Source of the DNA: a virus
Taxonomy: Duplodnaviria > Caudoviricetes
DNA: 64,000 bases
Virus record (IMG/VR): IMGVR_UViG_3300025018_000001
Strand: one strand, 5' to 3'
Of the stretch, positions 39,101 to 46,705 are shown piece by piece (the first letter of the stretch is position 1; each line of letters starts with the position of its first letter). The position numbers were made by a program, and so were the translations under genes. The notes below the pieces were generated by a model that saw nothing but the letters and a program-made list of their open reading frames with translations, searched no databases and was not told the DNA's origin.

Positions 39101-41680
39101 ACAGAAAGGTTTTTTAGCCCAAATAATTAAGTCTGACTTAGCTTGGCCCTTTATGCGTTGTGTAATGCTCCCTGAAAAAATAACAGACGCTATAATAGGG
39201 GAAGTGGGTAAATTTTCAATCGTATAGTTACCACTATTCAGTTCACCGTCAGTCAAACTAGCTAAAGACCTTATAAGTGTTACATCTTCCTCTGGCCAGC
39301 CATCCCTTATTTCGGTATAATCTCCGCTAGGTTCTTTATCAAAGCTCCAACGTTCATAGACATATAAACCGTTTTCAAAGTCTATTACTGGGTTGTATAG
39401 TCTTACATATTTGTCCGCATCCTTAGGCTTTAATAGTATTTGGTTAACTTCCAATCTTGTAGAACAGTACTCTAATACTTCCATTTCTATAGATATATCT
39501 TCCTCTAAAGCATTTTTGCCTGTTAAAAATACTTTTAGTGGTACAGGGTTACCAGCTTCGTCAACTTCACCTGTATCCCATTTACGTATAACAGAGTGTA
39601 GTTTGTAATCATCCTGTATAACAAGAAGCACATAGCCAGCATTACCTAAAAATAACATCTTGCTAGCTGTAGCAGATTCACAAGTACTATCAATAAAAAA
39701 CCTATCCATAACTTTGATTTTATACATACGATATCCAAGAAAATACGTAGGATTTTCATCAGACATTAATGTACCACCTGCAGCAACTACTACCTTTGTG
39801 TCAATATAAGTATGTACAGGCAAAGCACCATTAACACTGTCTCTACTCTTAAATGGTATAAATTTATAACTTATCTTTGGTGAGTATAATGGGAAGGTTA
39901 TCGTGTGCTCATACTTAACTATACCCGAAACTTCTTGCTCAGGGGTGGTTGCTTCAAAGGAAGTTTGTGCTATAACCCCACCACAGAATACCTTTTTTAC
40001 ATGTATGGTAGAAAATGTATATATTTCAGAGCTTGTATCAAAAACTAATATCTTATTATCGCCAAAGAATGTCTTTACACCTATAGCAAATGCACCACTA
40101 TTCCCTGGCCACTCATTATAGTACATCTTATCTGGTGCTACTTCGTCAAGTAATTTAAAATAGCATTTCAGTTGTGTATGTCTATCTTTAAAACGTTGCT
40201 CTGCATAATCAGCATCTATACCCACCCCTAGGGCAAACTCCCTGAAAGAGTACATATTTTTAAATCTTGCTATATCATTAAAGGGGAAATCAAAGTTGGG
40301 GTCACTAATATTTATAGCAAATAAGTTAGAATTATATCCAAAATAATCACCAATAATTAGTAAAGAGGTATGGTCAGAATAAGGCGTCTCAAAAACAAAA
40401 TTATTAATACCTCCAACATCTGAAGTGTAGTCTGGTGATATATCAAATACAGACCTAATTATAGGTTCAAATAGTATGTCATTAAGCTCTTTTATAAGTG
40501 TGGCAAAAGTAGGAACTAGGCTATCAGAACTTGTACCTTTAGTAAGTAAAGTTTGGGTCCTACTTATAGAAAAACAAATGAAATCAGATATTTCAGTTTT
40601 TATTGTTTTCATAGTGTAATCAACTATAACATTAGGCCCAGCGTATTGTACTTCAGGAGTAGAACCTTCATGTGCGAATATAAATGCCTCAGGTCCAAAG
40701 TAGTTCAAATATTCTTCAGGGTCCCAAGTTTCTTTTTTTATATTGTAACGTATCTCTAAAATCTGCTCCGCCATCACCTTATCACCGCCGCGCATGTAAA
40801 CAGAACTTAAATAAGGCATAAAACCAGAACTAGCTAGATTTCCTGTGTACTTGGGGCAGTCAGGCATAGCACCATTACATGGTGGACGCATGTCCACATT
40901 ATTTTCATCAGCAAAGAAATCAGCGAATGGTTGTACAAGAGGAGAAGTATTGGTGCACTTGAATTCTGGTGCCTTAACACTAAGCTTACCTGTCAAAGTA
41001 TCTTGTTCTAAAGTAAAGGCGTATTTCTCACTGTTCCACCACTTGCACCTACCTAAAAGTGCACGTTTGTTCAGTACATCATATTTCATAGGTATATGTG
41101 ACCCTGTAGGAAATCCTGGTTGTGTTGTTGTACCTTCAACAGTTACTCCTGGTATTGTACATACATCCTGTATAGGGGCTGTACCAAACCCAAGATGATG
41201 TGGTGAAAAACCAGCACATGTAACTTGTGTTCCTCCTGTAAGAGGATTATCCCCCTCTAAATTGCAATTGCCCTCATTATATCCTGTAATATTTGAGTAG
41301 TCTAGAGGTGTAGGGTTACCTTCTTCATCTAGTAATACACTTGGTGGAGTTACCCATTTAGGACAATTAGGTGACATAGCTACATGTCTATAAGGATCAG
41401 GTAAAACACACCTAGCTTTTATATCTGCATCTGTTGGAGGTGCGTCTGTGCTTACTGCATATTTTGTGCAGGAAAACCTCGCGGTTCCTACATAGTTACA
41501 GAAAGGGTATAAGTCTCCCCTTTGGATAAAAGATGTCTCAACACCATTAACAATGGTAACGACTTCTTCTTCGTAAGTACAGATAGTATTTGTATTGTCC
41601 CAGTATATACACTGAACTGGTTCTTTTTCTATCCAATATTGACATCTATTAGTAGGTCTTGGGTTTCTTGTATAAGCCAT
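36191..41680 (-). CDS. Giant (1829 aa) hypothetical virion-block protein with Cys-rich N-terminus
   Basis: Uninterrupted ORF; many C..W/C..Y motifs in the first ~330 aa. Confidence 0.75.
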   Translation of the reverse strand: MAYTRNPRPTNRCQYWIEKEPVQCIYWDNTNTICTYEEEVVTIVNGVETSFIQRGDLYPFCNYVGTARFSCTKYAVSTDAPPTDADIKARCVLPDPYRHVAMSPNCPKWVTPPSVLLDEEGNPTPLDYSNITGYNEGNCNLEGDNPLTGGTQVTCAGFSPHHLGFGTAPIQDVCTIPGVTVEGTTTQPGFPTGSHIPMKYDVLNKRALLGRCKWWNSEKYAFTLEQDTLTGKLSVKAPEFKCTNTSPLVQPFADFFADENNVDMRPPCNGAMPDCPKYTGNLASSGFMPYLSSVYMRGGDKVMAEQILEIRYNIKKETWDPEEYLNYFGPEAFIFAHEGSTPEVQYAGPNVIVDYTMKTIKTEISDFICFSISRTQTLLTKGTSSDSLVPTFATLIKELNDILFEPIIRSVFDISPDYTSDVGGINNFVFETPYSDHTSLLIIGDYFGYNSNLFAINISDPNFDFPFNDIARFKNMYSFREFALGVGIDADYAEQRFKDRHTQLKCYFKLLDEVAPDKMYYNEWPGNSGAFAIGVKTFFGDNKILVFDTSSEIYTFSTIHVKKVFCGGVIAQTSFEATTPEQEVSGIVKYEHTITFPLYSPKISYKFIPFKSRDSVNGALPVHTYIDTKVVVAAGGTLMSDENPTYFLGYRMYKIKVMDRFFIDSTCESATASKMLFLGNAGYVLLVIQDDYKLHSVIRKWDTGEVDEAGNPVPLKVFLTGKNALEEDISIEMEVLEYCSTRLEVNQILLKPKDADKYVRLYNPVIDFENGLYVYERWSFDKEPSGDYTEIRDGWPEEDVTLIRSLASLTDGELNSGNYTIENLPTSPIIASVIFSGSITQRIKGQAKSDLIIWAKKPFCSDVEIMYSWKANYQETLLLPTGYCFVAHIGTVKLETGIGGSSPRCGDHSFGSVSRRPSLMWYPYTSCDPYATYMLRSGNYENDEGLMEFWLNDVGRPDFSATDHGSEDLRMLGPTKHFGYTVDTHATVWACGCDYVYHNNDMISTPWFGGFARIRAGVTGEALYYMTQNGGIGPQFGNKNRPYLHSFRSTAALHYYYVTDGGGIAKDKKWMPMYEAFSDMALSSDFTEFPWNNYFNEGDIAATYVHQFGMLSARNVDNTSINERLLKGDGTDSSLKRYRFSEIFIAHSTTTGMVYPSPRKAYFSGTDTPRPITAWLTYKDSPEADTAIQWAWREKWKPLERELIDIRTSLMDLDFAICDTSEIHSKYLSFLDISYTNYTYDFRIDEFRRIPDEGFHKITWEPSIYDPETPLPTYFIVRLDNGPVRLLNTKLELIKDVSEIEEGVAFDSLSLDDIKKHMDFYEVCSAVYWLNSVTSEADLEVMAISAITGGFILYTEEAEIVETEELAKDNAKDGKRMVSIYKDGEQYDMYFNRGLYTMVNPSMVKYLPKDMAPIELPYEVKLSRPSADDSNYSTINVSEFYPASDSFDMKYFFTSGTVTIIFKFETPVNIGQVDISFLKGREIIEPNSEEESTITNYFHIPEVVLKRSVDDVVFKDVETFDFVSSDIEEELVQFSKEYKITNLTQDYMAELSSSFSVTFNYSLDMINFTNDDIEFQHYIFIGAIKFKKVFYIAQEETIQVHERKFNISVGGYGTFPIHGRENQGSLLYPSTTELSTTYQYDNAFGMVGMSGSEGEFTSVGKTQSRICGKVQQDAENLYGSYLDFETKQKELYDEIALAGTEEISYVSIAREVFKETLSNTGVTSFPEWTCRFKNTTMVPLRAVPPKQLYYPEGHNWTWDNNSFKDFFNCGGGGLRQIVTIFAYKWGRISGIYGFVHERDIFDLYSYGLSDVLTRMANPADTIADRLSSL

Positions 41681-41715
41681 TAGTTATCAACACCTATTAG
41701 AAAATTGTTTGGCAT
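41680..41715 (-). CDS. 11-aa mini-ORF (MPNNFLIGVDN) coupled to the 1829-aa gene
   Basis: GGGAG RBS 6 nt before ATG 41715; the stop overlaps the next start as TAATG. Confidence 0.35.
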   Translation of the reverse strand: MPNNFLIGVDN

Positions 41716-41731
41716 TTTTATCTCCCTATTA

Positions 41732-41780
41732 AAGTTAAAAAAGTGTGGTTAGAGTTAATGTAATAGGCATTACCTCAACC
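41732..41780 (-). terminator. Intrinsic terminator-like hairpin after the 517-aa gene
   Basis: Minus strand GGTTGAG-GTAAT-GCCT-ATTAC-...CTCTAACC followed by ACACTTTTTT. Confidence 0.6.
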
Positions 41781-41818
41781 CCCGTCAGGGCTGTCCCACA
41801 GATGTTAGGCTGTATTAT

Positions 41819-43372
41819 TTAACTATAATCAAAAAAAGTTCTATAGTTACAGGTACTTGCTCCTGTTTCTGAACTACCTAATTTTATATTAAACCATACA
41901 GGGTCAGCTACTAAAAATTTATTTCCTACCGCTTGTGAGTCATCTGCAGTAGCGACAACCATTAAATTAGCTTTAGTTGAATATAAGTACGTTGGTGCTA
42001 TGTCACTGTCTATGTCTCCTGGGACAATTCCTGGGTACCATTCTACACCAGTTTCAGTACCTGTACCAGCATTATTACCAGGACCGGCTGTACCAAATCT
42101 AAACATAGTATCATTATTACCTGCATAATGATGTTGAAAAGAACCATGACTCTGTAAACCAAACTTAACCGAACTTAACTGATAAGCTCCGGACTCAATT
42201 TCAAAGGTTACGCATCTTACAGTTGACTCAGTAGAAACAGTAACATTACCAAAATTAACACTGGCTATATTATAACTATATGGTTTTGGCCCCTGACACA
42301 TGACATAAAACTCATCACGTATACCTAAGTAGTCTGAACCACTTGTAGGTAAAAATTCTACTGCTAGTCCTCTAGTACCTAAAGATATATTTGTACCTGA
42401 CGCTGGGGTTACAACACCCGCTGCCATATCACCTTTTGAGGAACTGTAGGACATCAAAGCACTTCCAGGTATATCGGTAACATTTGTACCACTTGTGTAG
42501 TCAGGTTTATAACAAGGTATTGTCCAATATCCTGCCGCAAATACGGCATCTGTGAACTTAACCATTAAACCTCTTGTACCTATATTATACCAATTTCCTG
42601 GGTATAATAATTCTGTAGAAACACTAGAGTCATCCACAGAAGGAGACGCAGTCCAAGTCATAGTAGGTACATTTCCTGAACCACCAGCTAAGGTAGTACC
42701 GTTAGTTACATCCACAGTAACAGTATATGTAGTGTCAGCGCTGTAATTATACACGCCACCAGTAGTCATAACACCATCGTATGTTATACTTTTAACTGGG
42801 GTACCTATACCTCTAGGGGCGTCATTATCATTAGTAATTACAATTTTGTAAACTTCAGGCTCCATGCCTTTAAAATCACCTGTTATATTCAAAGTACCTG
42901 CAAAGTTATTTGTACCTGCAGTACCACCTACTTCAGATACTGTAGCGAATCCCAATACAGCATGAGCACTCTCAGCACCTATTGTTGTAACCGCCACAGA
43001 GGAGGCAACCCCAAGGGTACCAGAGTATATTTTAAATCTATTACCTTGACCAGGTGTGTTAGTCCATACACATTGTGCATCATCCCACCTGTCGTCATTC
43101 TTACCTAAATTACGCATCTTTTCTGTTATATCTTTTGCAACAAATCTAGGGTCTAGGTCTGTACCTTCATACAAAGTTATGTACGGGCCTGGATCTCCGT
43201 CTATACTTAGATAAAGTTTATTTGTAGTAGGTCCAATAGTAAAAGTATCACTTACACTAGAAGTACCTATAGAGTAGCCTCTTTTTCCAACACAACCTGC
43301 GTTTCTACCTTCTCCAATAGTACCTGTAGACGCTGGGTCGTATTGAACCCATCTCGTTATAGCAGCACACAT
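41819..43372 (-). CDS. Virion structural protein (G/T/S-rich), contains shared ...SGT...SSV...LGF module
   Basis: Strong AGGAGG RBS; module also found in the 321-aa and 2269-aa proteins. Confidence 0.65.
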   Translation of the reverse strand: MCAAITRWVQYDPASTGTIGEGRNAGCVGKRGYSIGTSSVSDTFTIGPTTNKLYLSIDGDPGPYITLYEGTDLDPRFVAKDITEKMRNLGKNDDRWDDAQCVWTNTPGQGNRFKIYSGTLGVASSVAVTTIGAESAHAVLGFATVSEVGGTAGTNNFAGTLNITGDFKGMEPEVYKIVITNDNDAPRGIGTPVKSITYDGVMTTGGVYNYSADTTYTVTVDVTNGTTLAGGSGNVPTMTWTASPSVDDSSVSTELLYPGNWYNIGTRGLMVKFTDAVFAAGYWTIPCYKPDYTSGTNVTDIPGSALMSYSSSKGDMAAGVVTPASGTNISLGTRGLAVEFLPTSGSDYLGIRDEFYVMCQGPKPYSYNIASVNFGNVTVSTESTVRCVTFEIESGAYQLSSVKFGLQSHGSFQHHYAGNNDTMFRFGTAGPGNNAGTGTETGVEWYPGIVPGDIDSDIAPTYLYSTKANLMVVATADDSQAVGNKFLVADPVWFNIKLGSSETGASTCNYRTFFDYS

Positions 43373-43442
43373 ATATCAATCCTCCTATTTTTATATCTTT
43401 AGGTGTACACTAGCATAACACCTTCTTCTCAATTTATTATTC

Positions 43443-44057
43443 TTACTGTGGTGCATTTTCCAGAGAGAATGTAAAAGTCTTAGCAGGTAAAATATTACCA
43501 GAAAAATCTTTAACCCCTGAGATCGTCACGCTATATGTCTTACCATACATAAAGTACTTACTTTGTGGTTTAACTTCTGCTAGCATATTGTATTGCCCCG
43601 ATCCTTCTACAGAAATAAGCGCTTCTAAACTAGACTCCTTGTAAGTAGTAGTTTTAAAAAATGTAGAAAAATAAGCTGTATTTGCATTTAAAACATCGTT
43701 AGTAGCTGTTACTGATATAGGTATTTCTTTATTAAGAGGCCATTTAACTACTTTATCCCAAGTAAGCTCATACCCATATTGTAGAATAAAAACAGTACTT
43801 ATGTATTCATCATTACTATTACTTCCAAAAACCTCTAATAACATAGTACCACTAGGTACGGTAGAGTATGTTAAAGTGTACCCATCACTTATTGGTGTGA
43901 TTATATAAGGTACGGTAGCACCATTATCTGTCATATACGTACCTGACAAAGTAACCATATGAGTATCATCTGTTATGTCCACACTGAAATCCACTAAAGA
44001 TGTACAATATACTGTAGAATCTTCAGGTATGGAAAAATTTGTTATATAAAGTGCCAT
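43443..44057 (-). CDS. Ig-like (Big_5/SbsA-type) virion protein
   Basis: C-terminal Y.K.YSVTISGVKD.SGN.L....F.F pattern. Confidence 0.6.
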   Translation of the reverse strand: MALYITNFSIPEDSTVYCTSLVDFSVDITDDTHMVTLSGTYMTDNGATVPYIITPISDGYTLTYSTVPSGTMLLEVFGSNSNDEYISTVFILQYGYELTWDKVVKWPLNKEIPISVTATNDVLNANTAYFSTFFKTTTYKESSLEALISVEGSGQYNMLAEVKPQSKYFMYGKTYSVTISGVKDFSGNILPAKTFTFSLENAPQ

Positions 44058-44094
44058 ATGTTATATTACCTATACTAATTCGTAGTTAGATTAA

Positions 44095-46704
44095 TTATAA
44101 TATTCTCTTAATTATAGGAGTTACATTATGTTCTCTTATAATGTTATCAACAATTAATTCAATACTATCTTCTTTGACACCGTTTCCCCCATCATAAACT
44201 ACAAATTTAACAATCGTGGTACGTGTGTTTAGACCCCTCGAACAAGACACGGGTAGAAAACTATCCGAGTCTATAAATGGTGCTAAGCTAGAGGCTAAAG
44301 TGAATCTCCACATATCATATAAAACATTTTTTTGTCCCGATGAATCATTTATCTGTATAGATATTTCAATGTCTTGCCCGTAGTAAAATATATTCTCATT
44401 AACATATGTTATACTGTAGCCATTAGGTATAGATGTATAATTGAATATCTTTATTCTATTATTGACATATAGGTCCAAGGAGGTTATGTCAACCCCGACC
44501 TCACTATCTAATATATCGAAACTTATATCAGTATGTAGTGGTACGCCTACTGCGTCTCTAGGAGGATTTTCATTTATTACAAATGGTGGTTTGTAATCTG
44601 GTATAACCTTAAACCAATAGTCGAACTCTATTATGTTAGCTGGTATAGCATTATCATAGACGGAAAGGTATACATATACAATGGCGTCATTATGAAAGTA
44701 AGCTGGGGGTGTAAACAATACTTCTAAACCTAATAAACCTCCACCCGCATCAAACTCTGTTACTGTTAATAAAATACTATCCGAGTAGTCTATAAAACCT
44801 GTATCGCCCGCATAAGACAGCTCTCTTACTTTAAAAATTAACGTACTTTTATTTAGATCGAAACCATATGGGGCTAAACTGAGCCAAATAGTAGCGTTTA
44901 CATTATTCTTATCAGAAAAAGGCACAGGTACCGCATCTATTAGAAACCTAAACTGAGCAATAAAAACATTATCTTTATTACTACCTTCTGGTAAATGTCT
45001 ACTTATATAAGTTTGACTTAATGCACATGATCCTAAATGAGTTGTCAACTGTTTTACAGCTGAAGAACTAGTAATTAGTGCCTTTTGTACAACACCTAAA
45101 TCACCTTCAAAGTCTTGTAGCTGTCTAATAATAGGAACCCAAGGTAAATTTTGAAAAGTCTCGTGTCCACCTGGCATTTTAAATTTACTATAACTCCGTA
45201 AAGAGAATGTAGAAACAAATGATACTAGTTGTTTAACTATATTAGTATTACTTTTAGAATCTATCTTCTGTGTTATTATTGGTACACCAAACCCAGCTAA
45301 GTCTGTCCTATCCAATATAAATTTAGCATCTAAATATAATATCATAGATGCCCATACATATATACTACCCGTAAGTATATTTGAACCATCTGTATAAGCT
45401 ACAACTTTAATATCCCCATTTATATTAGATATAAGAGATTCGTTATACCAATTACTAGTATAAGTTATACTTCCCAAACCATTTATATCAGTTACCGCTT
45501 CCTTATTTACTTCTCCCCACACTCCACCAGTGTCGCCATATTCCTTATCAAAATGAATAGTTTTATTAGATATAACCATACCGTACTGGTCTGTAACTTT
45601 AGCATATATAGTTATTGTATCTTGGTTTGCTATACGTCTTGTATCAGTATAGAGCACTAAACAGTCAGAGTATCTATAAGGGCTATCCTCATGGTAGTTG
45701 TACGTTGTCCAAGTAATTTCAGCATAAGTACCTGTGTCAGAGCGCATTATCTTACTCTTCTGTAATCTGTACATACTAGAAGGGGTAAACGTTATAGCTT
45801 TTATATCTAATACGGTATTACTATTTATTTTTGTTACGTTTAATCTACTCGACTTGATGACAGTATGATCAAAAATGTCAATGTACAGTAATTCTGCGTT
45901 TTTAACAATAGCTACGGAGTTGTAATAAGGTATACCATAATTAGCAGTTTCTAAACCATTGTAGAGAGCACTGTCATGTCTACCTAAAGTTTCACCTGTA
46001 GTATTATCAATAGTTAACATAACTCCCCTAGTTGTATCTACACCATAACCTACATCACTAAATAAATACATATCACCTAAGTATGTTACAGGGTCTCCAA
46101 CGTTAAAATAACTATGAAGTGGTATGCCTACGTCTGACTTAATAAAAACAGTAGTACCGGAAACAGAGGTTGCCTCCACTTCTTCATAAGCACCTAAATA
46201 GGAGGTGTTACTACTTGGCCCAACGTACATTCGAGTACCCGACACTACATTATCCACATTATCTAATACAATACTAGCTGTACTGGTTACGGTGGTTAAA
46301 GATAAATTTGTGTAATATCTACCGGCGGCCATAGCTTTACTAACTATAGTATCAAAACCACTTGATGCTTTTGTTATAGTGTAATCTAAATTTAATCTGG
46401 TGTTATCTTTATCTAAATCCCATTTCTTTATTGATACGGAAGATTCTAAATTACTTTCCATTGTTATAAATACCATACCAGACTGTAGGGCACTTAAGTC
46501 TCTTGGCCCAATGTAGTCTAGATAGTATATAATAGTATCTTGTGCTATGTTAGGATTAAAAGTATAGGACACTGTAGTAACACCAGTGCTATTCTTTATC
46601 AATAGCCTAGCAGTTGATGTTGTGGTATCTACAGTAGCGAAAGTACCAAGTAAGGGGGCTATACAGAAGTTAGGTTGCTGTGCTAGTATATTTTCTTGTG
46701 CCAT
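44095..46704 (-). CDS. Virion protein, paralog family member 3 (shared N-terminal core + Big_1-like Ig + extra C-terminal Ig domains)
   Basis: N-terminal core and AKVTDQYG...NKTIHF Big_1-like motif shared with the 854- and 615-aa proteins. Confidence 0.7.
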   Translation of the reverse strand: MAQENILAQQPNFCIAPLLGTFATVDTTTSTARLLIKNSTGVTTVSYTFNPNIAQDTIIYYLDYIGPRDLSALQSGMVFITMESNLESSVSIKKWDLDKDNTRLNLDYTITKASSGFDTIVSKAMAAGRYYTNLSLTTVTSTASIVLDNVDNVVSGTRMYVGPSSNTSYLGAYEEVEATSVSGTTVFIKSDVGIPLHSYFNVGDPVTYLGDMYLFSDVGYGVDTTRGVMLTIDNTTGETLGRHDSALYNGLETANYGIPYYNSVAIVKNAELLYIDIFDHTVIKSSRLNVTKINSNTVLDIKAITFTPSSMYRLQKSKIMRSDTGTYAEITWTTYNYHEDSPYRYSDCLVLYTDTRRIANQDTITIYAKVTDQYGMVISNKTIHFDKEYGDTGGVWGEVNKEAVTDINGLGSITYTSNWYNESLISNINGDIKVVAYTDGSNILTGSIYVWASMILYLDAKFILDRTDLAGFGVPIITQKIDSKSNTNIVKQLVSFVSTFSLRSYSKFKMPGGHETFQNLPWVPIIRQLQDFEGDLGVVQKALITSSSAVKQLTTHLGSCALSQTYISRHLPEGSNKDNVFIAQFRFLIDAVPVPFSDKNNVNATIWLSLAPYGFDLNKSTLIFKVRELSYAGDTGFIDYSDSILLTVTEFDAGGGLLGLEVLFTPPAYFHNDAIVYVYLSVYDNAIPANIIEFDYWFKVIPDYKPPFVINENPPRDAVGVPLHTDISFDILDSEVGVDITSLDLYVNNRIKIFNYTSIPNGYSITYVNENIFYYGQDIEISIQINDSSGQKNVLYDMWRFTLASSLAPFIDSDSFLPVSCSRGLNTRTTIVKFVVYDGGNGVKEDSIELIVDNIIREHNVTPIIKRIL

Positions 46705-46705
46705 A

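Noticed and set aside
43401-43423. AGGTGT/ACACCT inverted repeat as a terminator
   Set aside because: Short 6-bp stem, long loop and no U-tract on the coding strand.
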